This document shows positions 1 to 10,160 of a stretch of DNA of 64,000 nucleotides, piece after piece. Under the pieces are notes generated by a model, which did no database searches, was not told the origin of the DNA, and worked only from the letters and a program-made list of their open reading frames with translations. The translations under genes and the position numbers were made by a program. The stretch is taken from NCBI GenBank assembly GCA_949358305.1, contig OX442314.1, positions 9,114,001-9,178,000 of the forward strand, read 5' to 3'. Position 1 is the first letter of the stretch. The number at the start of each line of letters is the position of its first letter. The DNA is from Strigamia acuminata (taxonomy: Eukaryota).

Positions 1-1060
1 TGGTAGTTTCGTACCTGCCGTAAATCGAATGTGCGCAGGAAGTGGCAGCTAACACACTCTCAGATACTGTGCACCACACTAATATTTATTTGTGGCCGGG
101 TATCCCGAGCTGTAAAACTCGGGGACAGAATGTCCGGTAGTCGCGTCTGAACCAAAACCCAACGCGTGACCCGCCAACAATCGTGTTTTCACACGAAGGC
201 AAACGAATGCACGTCTCGTAGTGGCTCATAAGCAACCCCAAACTGTCGAGTTTGAACGAGGATGGGCGATTTACTCGTGCTTATACAACGCACGGGCCCT
301 AAACCCAACTCTAAACCTGACTTAATGCTTAATTAAAGCTAAAGCCCGAATGGCAGGCGGCTAAACTAAGCTAAACGCACGCGCAAGCGAAATGAAAGAC
401 ACAAACTTCGAACTTATGGCCAACAAATCCTGTTTGGCCTTGGATAACGCGTCACGGCGATAAAACATGAACAAAAAGGAGCAGAAAAACAAATGGTGAA
501 CGAGTGGTGTAAAACCGTGAGTTAACACGCGAAATGAAATGAAAGCCTGAAACCGTGTTGCAGAATTCCAGGGCGAATGCAAAGCTACAAGTGAGCTTCG
601 GAGTTAAACCTCAGCCATGAGCACCGGCTCCAAAGGAGCACCTACGCGTTCGGGATACTGAGATCAACTGAAGAAAAAGAGGAAAAATAGGGTGAGAGGT
701 AAACTTGGACTCAACCAAGCTTGACCAATCACGGAAGAGTCAAGAGCCAATCACCACTGTCGGTGCATACTGATGAGTATGACTGATGACGACGCGTGAT
801 GACCAGAATAGATATGCAAAGAAGTTTGCATCCAAATCATAAACGAAAGAGAAAAAACTAGGAGTAGATAAGAGAAAAGTGAGAGAATGAAGAGAAAGTT
901 AGGAGTGAGTAAGGGATAAGATAGATAGAAAATGAGGAAAACTCACGAATGAACATAAACAATACAACAACACAAGGTAAAGACAAATTAAGGTTTAATA
1001 CAACACAAACACGGGTTAACAATGCGTAAACTATACGCGTAGGAAACACGGGCCGTGACA
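1..1060 (-). mobile_element. Partial LTR of a second Ty3/gypsy copy (5' LTR or solo LTR; continues off the left edge)
   Basis: Reverse complement of the LTR at 1345-2477, with scattered substitutions and indels that are densest at ~850-1010. Its TGTCACGG terminus at 1060 abuts satellite DNA rather than a PPT. Confidence 0.93.
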
Positions 1061-1344
1061 AAGAAATTTCAATAAATATCAAGAAATTTCAATAAATATC
1101 AAGAAATTTCAATAAATATCAAGAAATTTCAATAAATATCAAGAAATTTCAATAAATATCAAGAAATTTCAATAAATATCAAGAAATTTCAATAAATATC
1201 AAGAAATTTCAATAAATATCAAGAAATTTCAATAAATATCAAGAAATTTCAATAAATATCAAGAAATTTCAATAAATATCAAGAAATTTCAATAAATATC
1301 AAGAAATTTCAATAAATATCAAGAAATTTCAATAAATATCAAGA
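1061..1344. repeat. 20-bp satellite (AAGAAATTTCAATAAATATC)n, ~14 units between two head-to-head LTRs
   Basis: Perfect tandem units read directly from the sequence. Confidence 0.98.
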
Positions 1345-2477
1345 TGTCACGGCCCGTGTTTCCTACGCGTACAGTTTACGCATTGTTAACCCGTGTTTGT
1401 TCCTATTAAACCTAATTTTGTCATCTTCTTACCTTTGTTGTTTTGTTTGTGTTTGATTCGTGAGTTTTCCTCATTTTCCTTCTATCTTATCTCTTACTCT
1501 CTCCTAACTTTCTCTTCATTCTCTCACTTTTCTCTTATCTACTCCTAGTTTTTCTTCTTTAGTTTATGATTTGGATGCAAACTTCTTTGCATATCTATTC
1601 TGGTCATCACGCGTCGTCATCAGTCATACTCATCAGTATGCACCGACAGTGGTGATTGGCTCTTGACTCTTCCGTGATTGGTCAGGCTTGGTTGAGTCCA
1701 AGTTTACCTCTCACCCTATTTTTCCTTTTTTGCTTCAGTTGATCTCAGTATCCCGAACGCGTAGGTGCTCCTTTGGAGCCAGTGCTCATGGCTGAGGTTT
1801 AACTCCGAAGCTCACTCGTGGCTTTGCTTTCGCCCTGGAATTCTGCAACACGGTTTCAGGCTTTCATTTCATTTCGCGTGTTAACTCACGGTTTTACACC
1901 ACTCGTTCACCATTTGTTTTCCTGCTCCTTTTTGTTCATGTTTTATCGCCGTGACGCGTTATCCAAGGCCAAACAGGATTTGTTGGCCATAAGTTTGAAG
2001 TTTGTGTCTTTCATTTCGCTTGCGCGTGCGTTTAGCTTAGTTTAGCCGCCTGCCATTCGGGCTTTAGCTTTAATTAAGCATTGAGTCAGGTTTAGAGTTA
2101 GGTTTAGGGCCCGTGCGTTGTATAAGCACGAGTAAATTGCCCATCCTCGTTCAAACTCGACAGTTTGGGGTTGCTTATGAGCCACTACGAGACGTGCATT
2201 CGTTTGCCTTCGTGTGAAAACACGATTGTTGGCGGGTCACGCGTTGGGTTTTGGTTCAGACGCGACTACCGGACATTCTGTCCCCGAGTTTTACAGCTCG
2301 GGATACCCGGCCACAAATAAATATTAGTGTGGTGCACAGTATCTGAGAGTGTGTTAGCTGCCACTTCCTGCGCACATTCGATTTACGGCAGGTACGCAAC
2401 TACCAGGGTGTGTGAATTTACTGTTTCGCGGCGTCTTTCAAACGCTTCTAAACCACCTAGACTCGCGATCCATCACA
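1345..2477 (+). repeat. 5' LTR of the gypsy element
   Basis: TGTCACGG...CATCACA; same length as 11554-12686 and no differences seen by eye. Confidence 0.97.
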
Positions 2478-2479
2478 CT

Positions 2480-2497
2480 TGGTGCCGAAACCCGGGA
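2480..2497 (+). other. Primer binding site complementary to the tRNA-Phe 3' end
   Basis: TGGTGCCGAAACCCGGGA, 2 nt after the LTR; complement of the metazoan tRNA-Phe(GAA) end ...UCCCGGGUUUCGGCACCA. Confidence 0.92.
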
Positions 2498-2653
2498 ATA
2501 TCCCGTAGCTTTTCGATTGCTAGCCGTATAAACTGTTTCCAGTGGGCTAGTAATCATTATTCGGAAAACAAAGGTCGAGTGGTATCGTTACTCGCCTTTT
2601 TTAGAGTGGATCATCCATTTGAGTTTTGCTGCTAAATTGCTTGAGTTGACGCA

Positions 2654-4762
2654 ATGGCAGAAGGAGGGCATCCTAAAGAGGATAACTCCAAGAGTGTGTG
2701 GCCTAGCTGGATGCGTAGAGTAGGGGAGCGCTTGTGTGATGAAACTCCACGGCGTCCTCTTGATGCGCGTCCTCCGAGAACCCGCTCAGAGTATGGCTTG
2801 CCCGTGGCAAGAGGCGGTGGGCCGCCGTACCTCTTGCGACCACACGGGGATGTCACACGAGTAAAGGTAGAGGATAAATCCACTTCAACGGATAGTACCT
2901 ACTGCCCGGACACTACTCCGTCTACGCGTGAGTCTCGTGTCGATGTGTCTGCTTCGGATCTTTTAACGCCCGTGCAACCAAATCCTTCGGCGCCACCTCA
3001 ACAAAGGAGTAGTCCTGAGGATAACGTCGAGGAGGGGGATGAAGAGGCTGGTCAACGGCCTCCGGAATGGCTGCCGTATCTGCAAAATGCGGAATTGGCC
3101 ATGAATGAGCGGATGGTCCGAGCATTAAACCAGTTTGGTCAGCATGTTGACTACCGACTGGGAAATTATAGAGATGAGACTCTTGTGGGGGTGAGACAAG
3201 TGGTTAGGGCCGAAATCGTGGCATTAGCTGTACAGCCCGAGGAGGAGGTAATTCCACCAGCTCAGCAAAGACCTCATAACCCTTTGCCTGGTGATGGACC
3301 TCGTTCTGACGGTCAGAGGGAACCTGGGGGAAGTGTTCAGTCTTCACGCATTCTGACGCCTAGCGAGTTGAACAGGCAAGGAATTGCAGTAGTAGGAAGG
3401 TTACAAGGGGATGTAAATCCTCGTTTACCTTCAAAAGAGAGACCATCGGACGTGACAGCTCGCGCGGGGTCTCGAATGGGTACGCCCTCACAATGTAACA
3501 GTGAGGTGATGAGGAGTATTATACGCTCGAAGTCGACAGCTGTTAGCTTGCCGGATACAGCAAGTGTTGATCGCGCAGCAGCTGCGCGAGGGGATTCGGT
3601 AAATACGCGTTTGCAACGGGCGCGGGTCGCTCAGGCAGCGGTAACGCCGACGCCCCGGCAGCGGCCGCAGACGCGATATGATCAATATGACTTGTCGCAT
3701 GTGAGGTCGGAACATGTGCCGATATTTGATGAGGAGGATCAATCCTATAATGCGGTCGAACGATTCCTTGCAAAATTGCGCGCACATTACATTATGACGC
3801 GCATTCCGGATGAGGCGTATATTGACTTGTTCATTCCGTTGGCGCTGTGTGGGAAGCCCTTAAATTGGTACCTGCACTTACGCCATAAACCAAAAACATG
3901 GGATGAATTTGTTGTGCGTTTCCGGAAACGTTATTCCCTCAAGGAGGCCGAAGCAACGGTCTACCTAACGGATGCCTGGCAGGAAGTAGGGGATGATACG
4001 GCCGAATTTCTGTGCGAAATCAGTCGTTACCTCGAAATGATAGGTATTCGGGGGGATGGGCAACAGTGGAATATGGCGAAACATCGCCTTCAACCGCAGA
4101 TAACGGATGCAATGACTCGGTACGGAGTCCGCTTCATGTCGCAGGCCATAGAGATGGGGCAGGAGGCTGACAGCGAATTGGCGTTGCGTTCTCTTCAGCA
4201 GTATAAGTTCGATGAGCGCGGAGTGAGAAGAGGTCCGGTGCCTCGACCTCAATCCAAGGATAAGGATAAGCAAGCTGTTAAGGCGACCAAAAAGGTGGTA
4301 GAGCCTGCCAAAACAAAGGCGGCAGAGAAGCCTCCGCCTGGTCGCTTTCAGTTTGACAAACGGAAATTGGTTGCGTTGGCGGAAGTGTTTGGGGCTACGA
4401 GTGAGGACCTGCAGAGTGTTGCTGGGCAGTCCGTTGTTAGTGTTGCACCTTCGAGAGTGCCAGAGCCGCAAATAAACGCGTCTGTAAAAGTCTCGGAGAA
4501 TAAGCCGACTCCGGCTGTGGGGGCGGCACAATGTGGACATTCTGCCCACACCTTCGCCAATACGGCTAACCCCCCAACAACACCGTTGCCACCCGGAGCT
4601 GAATGGGTGCGCAATCGGAAGGACAGATGGTACATGCGTGATATTGAAAAACGCATCGCATTATGTCCCCACTGCTTTAAGCCCTGGCAGTTTCCGGGAA
4701 ACGACCAGGGTCCACTGTCCAAACCATCCAACGGAAAGGCAGTGGACCCGAAACCCAAATAA
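2654..4762 (+). CDS. gag: Gag (702 aa) with a retrotransposon capsid-like domain
   Basis: Long ORF after the PBS. Capsid-like segment VPIFDEED...LALCGKPLNWYL...TWDEFVVRFRKRY; no canonical CCHC knuckle. Confidence 0.9.
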   Translation: MAEGGHPKEDNSKSVWPSWMRRVGERLCDETPRRPLDARPPRTRSEYGLPVARGGGPPYLLRPHGDVTRVKVEDKSTSTDSTYCPDTTPSTRESRVDVSASDLLTPVQPNPSAPPQQRSSPEDNVEEGDEEAGQRPPEWLPYLQNAELAMNERMVRALNQFGQHVDYRLGNYRDETLVGVRQVVRAEIVALAVQPEEEVIPPAQQRPHNPLPGDGPRSDGQREPGGSVQSSRILTPSELNRQGIAVVGRLQGDVNPRLPSKERPSDVTARAGSRMGTPSQCNSEVMRSIIRSKSTAVSLPDTASVDRAAAARGDSVNTRLQRARVAQAAVTPTPRQRPQTRYDQYDLSHVRSEHVPIFDEEDQSYNAVERFLAKLRAHYIMTRIPDEAYIDLFIPLALCGKPLNWYLHLRHKPKTWDEFVVRFRKRYSLKEAEATVYLTDAWQEVGDDTAEFLCEISRYLEMIGIRGDGQQWNMAKHRLQPQITDAMTRYGVRFMSQAIEMGQEADSELALRSLQQYKFDERGVRRGPVPRPQSKDKDKQAVKATKKVVEPAKTKAAEKPPPGRFQFDKRKLVALAEVFGATSEDLQSVAGQSVVSVAPSRVPEPQINASVKVSENKPTPAVGAAQCGHSAHTFANTANPPTTPLPPGAEWVRNRKDRWYMRDIEKRIALCPHCFKPWQFPGNDQGPLSKPSNGKAVDPKPK

Positions 4763-7700
4763 GTCGGACGTTGGAGGCTTTAGATAGCACAAGCGGTTGG
4801 ATGGTACCCCCTGCGTTGCAGAAGACCAGTACCACCGCTCTAGCGGCTGCTAAGCCGAAAATGACAAATTTCATTATGTTGTCACCACCCGAATTTTTGG
4901 CTTCCAAAGAGCCGAAATTGATAATCGGGTTGAAGGACCGTTGTCGGCGAGACGCGGCCTTTGTTAAAATCGCCTGGATCAATATCGAGTTCATTGCAAT
5001 GATGGACAGCGGTGCACAGACGTGCATAATGACCATGGCATTGTATGAAAAACTCGCAAAAGAGATAGGCATAGAAATGGTGAAACTGGACGAAACCATC
5101 CGGACAGCCGACAATCATATTACCAAAGTGGTTGGCTGTGCACAACTAGCCGTCCGTGCTCCTACGGCGGTAGTTTGCTTTACTTGCCTCATCATAGAGG
5201 AGGGATCTCAAGAGCTCCTCTTGGGGCTGGATTTCTGCAAGGCAGTTGGTCTTTGTACCGACCACGCCAACGAATACTGGTTCCTCTTAGGGGATGGCAC
5301 GAGGCACCCCTTCCTCACAGAAGAGCAAGCTAGGGCATCTGATCCAGTGATCTTATTCCCTTTAACAAAGGAACAACCTTCCCTTCCGGAGGGAATTGCG
5401 GTTAAGGGGCCCCCTCTTTACAACCTTCCGGCTTTGCGAAATCCGCCGGTCCCCAAGCCAGAGGAAACGGCGGTGCCCGTCAAGCTGGTCGGCCAAAAGG
5501 AGCGGGAACTGACCCCCGAGGTTCCTGCAAAGGAGGAGAAGGCGGAGGAGAAGCCTGTGGTTGCTACAAAACCACCAATTAGTGAAGCTAACTGCGTCTT
5601 GCTGGGCAAACGTAATTTTGAAGTGGAGTTATTTGAGCCTCCACACGAAGACAATCCTTGTATTGTCAAAGTGGTTGTTGCTCGGAGAGGGCAAGACGCT
5701 CAAAAATGGACATTCCTATGGTCACCTAAGAGACGGGAAAAAACCGCACGAAGGAACATCGTGCGAGTTACGCGTAAACCTGGGAAAAAGGCCATGTGTT
5801 TGAGTCAGATGCGTCGAGCCATTAAGTTGCGTAAAGCAAGAGTTAAAGCGGTGGCTAAACGAACGTGGGTTGAGACTGCAGATTCTCCGAGTGGAGAGAG
5901 AAATGTCGTCAACAACGTGGAGCCCTCTTCTGCTTGTCAAAAGGCGGAAGGTACTCCAAGACAGCATGATGTTAATTTCGTCCAATACATCCCAAACAGA
6001 GATCCTACCAACCTCGCTTGGGTGTATGATCAGCTGTGTAACCAGTTGGAGCCAAAACGCATTAATCACTTAATGGATGCGTTGAAACCAGTTGCTCATA
6101 TCTTTCGTGAGGAACTGGGGCTCTGTAATAACACACAGTTTGAGGTGAATCTGAAGCCTGATTTCCGACCTATTCATGTCCCGGTACGTCCGGTGAATCC
6201 GGCAAAAAGGGAAATAATCGATGCCTATATCGACCAAAAGTTGGCGCAAGGAGTAATCAAGCGCTCCAAAAGCGACTGCGCCGTGGCGCCCGTAGTTGTC
6301 CCCAAAAAGGACGGACGCTGGCGCTGCGCAATGGATTTTAGGCCGATCAACTCCCAAACTTTGCCTGATGTTTACCCCCTCCCAGATATCGACAACATCT
6401 TTGCATATCTGGGTGGGGCAAAATGGTTTTCCATCATCGACGGAAGGGAAGCGTTCCACCAAATAGGGGTCCGACCTGGAGATGAACGATATCTCGCGTT
6501 TATCACCCACAGGGGACTCTTTGAGTATACGCGTATGCCCTTCGGTCCGATCAATGGCCCCGCCACCTTACAAAGGGCCATGAATTTGACTCTAGCTGAG
6601 CATCTCTACAAGTTCGTCTTTGTGTACATCGACGACATAATCGTGTTTAGTAAGACCTTCGAAGAGCATGTGACCCACTTGCAAAAAGTGCTCACTTTGC
6701 TCGACCAAGCGGGGTTTACAATGAACGCAGGAAAAACGGAGTTGTGCAAGACAAGTCTTGAGGTGCTCGGACATATTGTCGAGGAGGGACTTATTCGTCC
6801 TAACCCAAAGAAGACCGACGCGATCAGCAAGTACCCGGCCCCCACTAACTTGAAGGAATTACAACGCTTCAAGGGTATGATCGGGTACTACTCGTCGTTC
6901 TTTCCAGGATATTCCAAGACCTGCGAAGTCTTTCGAGTTCTTATGCGTAAAAATGCGCCATGGAACTGGACGGCGGCACACCAGGCAGCTTTCGAGTATC
7001 TCAAAAATCAAGTGTCGTTATCTACCTTGCACAGGAATTTCCCGGACTGGAGTAAACCTTACATCTTACAAACCGATGCGAGTTATTCTGGTCTGGGAGC
7101 CGCGTTGATGCAAATAAACAATAACGGCGTACGCGTCCCAATTGCCTTTGCGTCGCGGGCCTTAAACAGTGCAGAGAAAAACTATACGACGACGGAAATT
7201 GAGTGCCTGGCCGCCGTCTGGGCCGTAAAACGCTTTAGAGCATACCTCGAGTTGATGGATTTCTATCTTGAGAGTGACCACAAGTCTTTAACATGGCTGT
7301 GGGCCCAGCGCGAGCCAAAGGGCCGACTGGCGAGATGGATTCTTTCGCTGTCGGAATATCGATTCACATTCCTCCACTGTAGTGGGACAAAGAATCGGGT
7401 TGCCGATGCGTTGAGTCGGGCGCCAGTTGACCCACCGATCGAGCTGGATGACGAAGACTGTCCAGCGTTGGATGACACGTACTACTGTGCGTACTTCGAT
7501 GATTTCCACGACTGGCCAGTACTCCAAATGGAAGAGTTAGATGAGGTGACTCATTGGAAATCATCCAACTGTAAAATCGTTAGAGCGGTAACAATGCGTA
7601 AGCAGAAACGTGCGTTCCTGGCGAGATTGAACGCCTTGTCGGCTACGGCAGTGGATGTATGTCCGGTGGAGGACGAGCCCCCTCTAAAAAGAGGAAGGGG

Positions 7701-9807
7701 ACGTCCACGGAAAAATCCCATTGCAAAGGGGCCGACTCAGGCGGGACCCTTGCCGGGAGCACAGCCTGCTCTGCCAAAGTCGGACGAAGAATCTGTGGCG
7801 GTGTCTTTGCCTAAGGAAGACGTTCCTGTAAAAAGGAAAAGAGGTCGTCCGCGGAAGACTCCGGCCAGCGGGGATATGACGCAGCCTAAATCTTTACCCG
7901 TAACGCGTCCTATTCCACCAACTTCGGAAGAAGAGTCAGGTGCAGTTTCTTTGCCAATTGACGTTCCTGAGAAGAGAAAACGGGGGCGACCAAAAAAGGT
8001 TGTGGAGAAGCGACCGGTCGGAAGACCGAAGAAGAAAACTCCCATCATCCTCGATCGCTCTACGGGCTCGGAAGCCAGTGAAATGTCTTTGGACAGTGAG
8101 GAGCTGCCGGGAGACACGGACTCCGAAGAGTTTCAAATTCCTGTGATTCCACGGGACTTGGCACCGAGGACGCAACCACGGCGAGATTTGGCCTCACCAA
8201 CACCCTCTATTGATGCGGAGTTGCTTGACCACTCTGAGCACTCGTCTGACGAGAGTTTCTACTCACTTCCGGCGGATCATCCGACAATTGAGATTCTCCC
8301 AACACAGAAAGCCGTTAAAGAAGCCCAACTAGCCGATGAATGGTCTAAGGGACTTATATTATATCTCAATTCAGGGTCTCTGCCGCCAGGTGAGATGGAG
8401 GCTGCAGAACTTAAGAAACGAGCGGTGGACATGGCGTTACACCGTGGTCTGCTCTGCAAGTTTCCACCAACTAAGATCGGTCAACGAGCTCCTACGCGTC
8501 GTATTTACCTCCCTCAATCCCTTCGTTACAAGTATTTTCATTGCTTACATTTCCCACCAACCTCTGGCCATCTCGGGATCGAGAAAACACTAATGCGTCT
8601 AAAAACACGTGTGTTTTGGCCGGGGATGAAAAAAGATGTAGCAAATTGGATTAAAGTTTGTGAACCTTGTCAAAGGGCGAAGGTCGAGCGGAGGCTACCG
8701 TATGGCGAGATGGAGACCGCGAAACCGAGACGGTTGTTTCGGACCATTTACGTCGACTACTTCGGGAAAAAGTTGAAGTCCACTGGCGGACACTGCTACG
8801 CGTTCGTAATGGTGGATGCAGCCAGTCGCTGGGTGGACGTGAGACTCACCGAAAAGGCAGACGTTTCTACAACAGTGAAACAACTTAAAAAGTTCACTTA
8901 TAGATGGGCTTATCCAAAAACTATAATAAGTGATAACGCCCCAACCTTTCGCTCTGCCAAGTTCCAGGCACAGTGCGCCGAAATGGGAATGGTAAATAAA
9001 TATATTTCCGCCTATCATCCGCAAGGGAACTTGGCGGAAAGACTGAATCAATCTTTAAAAACGTGCATCCTCGCGTATATAGATGAACATACGCGTTGGG
9101 ATAAGCACATTGGTTCTTTCATTTTAGCAATTAATACTGCTTATCAGACCTCACTCAAATTTTCACCTTACATGATGGTCACAGGACAAGAAGCACGTTT
9201 TCCAGGAGATGTCGACTCTGACACTGACGACGGAGAACCCTTACCGCCAGATGAATCGCGTTTTCTTCATCGATACTTATTACGCATCCGTGAAGAGGCG
9301 AGGAAGAACTTGGATGCCGCCCATCTACGCCATAAGCGTTGGTATGACCGGAAACGGCGGCCCCATACGTTTAAACCCGGGGATTGGGTCACCGTCAAAA
9401 GTCGTGTTTTGTCATCAACTGATAAACAAATAAGTTCGGGTTTCCAACACCGGACTGAAGGCGTTTATATGATTCATCGACTCCTGGGACCAAATACCGT
9501 GCTCTTGATGGACCAGGACGGGAAGATTTCCCAACCTATTCATGTGTCGGATCTTCGCCATTGGTACCGGGCTGAAGAGCCGGAAATTGAAGTTTCCGAT
9601 GTCTCCAGTGTGGCTAGTGGGGCAGAGGATCACGAGGAATTGGATTCTGAGTTGGAAATTGATGAGGACATTCCCCAAGAAGACTTGGATGATATTTCTG
9701 CACGCGTTGTTAAATTCCAAACTGAAGTCCGTAGTATTTGCGTCGACTTCGAAGAAAGGAATAAACGCGTCAAAACATCGAAATTAGCGGCAGAAATCAT
9801 CTCCTAA
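4681..9807 (+). CDS. pol: Pol polyprotein (protease, RT, RNase H, AT-hook/acidic linker, integrase), probably expressed as a Gag-Pol frameshift fusion
   Basis: MDSGAQ protease; WRCAMDFR, RMPFG and YIDD RT motifs; QTDAS, TEIECLA and ESDHKSL RNase H motifs; HHCC (HFPPTSGH...CEPC), YVDYF, SDNA and GNLAER integrase motifs; no internal stops. Confidence 0.97.
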   Translation, partial: ALAVSGKRPGSTVQTIQRKGSGPETQISRTLEALDSTSGWMVPPALQKTSTTALAAAKPKMTNFIMLSPPEFLASKEPKLIIGLKDRCRRDAAFVKIAWINIEFIAMMDSGAQTCIMTMALYEKLAKEIGIEMVKLDETIRTADNHITKVVGCAQLAVRAPTAVVCFTCLIIEEGSQELLLGLDFCKAVGLCTDHANEYWFLLGDGTRHPFLTEEQARASDPVILFPLTKEQPSLPEGIAVKGPPLYNLPALRNPPVPKPEETAVPVKLVGQKERELTPEVPAKEEKAEEKPVVATKPPISEANCVLLGKRNFEVELFEPPHEDNPCIVKVVVARRGQDAQKWTFLWSPKRREKTARRNIVRVTRKPGKKAMCLSQMRRAIKLRKARVKAVAKRTWVETADSPSGERNVVNNVEPSSACQKAEGTPRQHDVNFVQYIPNRDPTNLAWVYDQLCNQLEPKRINHLMDALKPVAHIFREELGLCNNTQFEVNLKPDFRPIHVPVRPVNPAKREIIDAYIDQKLAQGVIKRSKSDCAVAPVVVPKKDGRWRCAMDFRPINSQTLPDVYPLPDIDNIFAYLGGAKWFSIIDGREAFHQIGVRPGDERYLAFITHRGLFEYTRMPFGPINGPATLQRAMNLTLAEHLYKFVFVYIDDIIVFSKTFEEHVTHLQKVLTLLDQAGFTMNAGKTELCKTSLEVLGHIVEEGLIRPNPKKTDAISKYPAPTNLKELQRFKGMIGYYSSFFPGYSKTCEVFRVLMRKNAPWNWTAAHQAAFEYLKNQVSLSTLHRNFPDWSKPYILQTDASYSGLGAALMQINNNGVRVPIAFASRALNSAEKNYTTTEIECLAAVWAVKRFRAYLELMDFYLESDHKSLTWLWAQREPKGRLARWILSLSEYRFTFLHCSGTKNRVADALSRAPVDPPIELDDEDCPALDDTYYCAYFDDFHDWPVLQMEELDEVTHWKSSNCKIVRAVTMRKQKRAFLARLNALSATAVDVCPVEDEPPLKRGRGRPRKNPIAKGPTQAGPLPGAQPALPKSDEESVAVSLPKEDVPVKRKRGRPRKTPASGDMTQPKSLPVTRPIPPTSEEESGAVSLPIDVPEKRKRGRPKKVVEKRPVGRPKKKTPIILDRSTGSEASEMSLDSEELPGDTDSEEFQIPVIPRDLAPRTQPRRDLASPTPSIDAELLDHSEHSSDESFYSLPADHPTIEILPTQKAVKEAQLADEWSKGLILYLNSGSLPPGEMEAAELKKRAVDMALHRGLLCKFPPTKIGQRAPTRRIYLPQSLRYKYFHCLHFPPTSGHLGIEKTLMRLKTRVFWPGMKKDVANWIKVCEPCQRAKVERRLPYGEMETAKPRRLFRTIYVDYFGKKLKSTGGHCYAFVMVDAASRWVDVRLTEKADVSTTVKQLKKFTYRWAYPKTIISDNAPTFRSAKFQAQCAEMGMVNKYISAYHPQGNLAERLNQSLKTCILAYIDEHTRWDKHIGSFILAINTAYQTSLKFSPYMMVTGQEARFPGDVDSDTDDGEPLPPDESRFLHRYLLRIREEARKNLDAAHLRHKRWYDRKRRPHTFKPGDWVTVKSRVLSSTDKQISSGFQHRTEGVYMIHRLLGPNTVLLMDQDGKISQPIHVSDLRHWYRAEEPEIEVSDVSSVASGAEDHEELDSELEIDEDIPQEDLDDISARVVKFQTEVRSICVDFEERNKRVKTSKLAAEIIS
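4696..4777 (+). other. Programmed -1 ribosomal frameshift signal (slippery heptamer plus stem/pseudoknot)
   Basis: G GGA AAC at 4696-4702 in the gag frame. The pol frame is -1 and open from 4681. Stem 4708-4719 pairs with 4738-4749; loop TCCAACG (4727-4733) is complementary to CGTTGGA (4769-4775). Confidence 0.85.
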
Positions 9808-10160
9808 TCGTGTCAATGTTTTTGTTTATTCTTTGACAATTTTTAGTGTATTTTGTTTATTTTCTCCGGTTATTGCACCTTTTCATGTTCATTCTGCGCA
9901 TGTCGGGACTCAAGTTCGCTATTTGTGATTGCTAATAAGCAATTTGCTCAAGTGGTGGCGCTGAACGTCATTGGTCAGCTGACCAATGAGTCAGTTTTCA
10001 CACATGCGTGTGACCGCCATTGTTTTTCCACTTGTTGAGCAACGCGTATGCCTCGTGTAAGCGGGCGGAGATTGAAAACGCGTCGAGGCGATACACTTGA
10101 GCGCCTGACGGTAGAGGATTTGAGCCTGTTAAGTGTGCTGGTAGCCTTTGAGATTTTATC

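Noticed and set aside
1818..2045. 73-75 aa ORF repeated three times (361, 1818, 12027)
   Set aside because: It recurs only because it lies in the LTR. Non-ATG start here and no recognisable motif.
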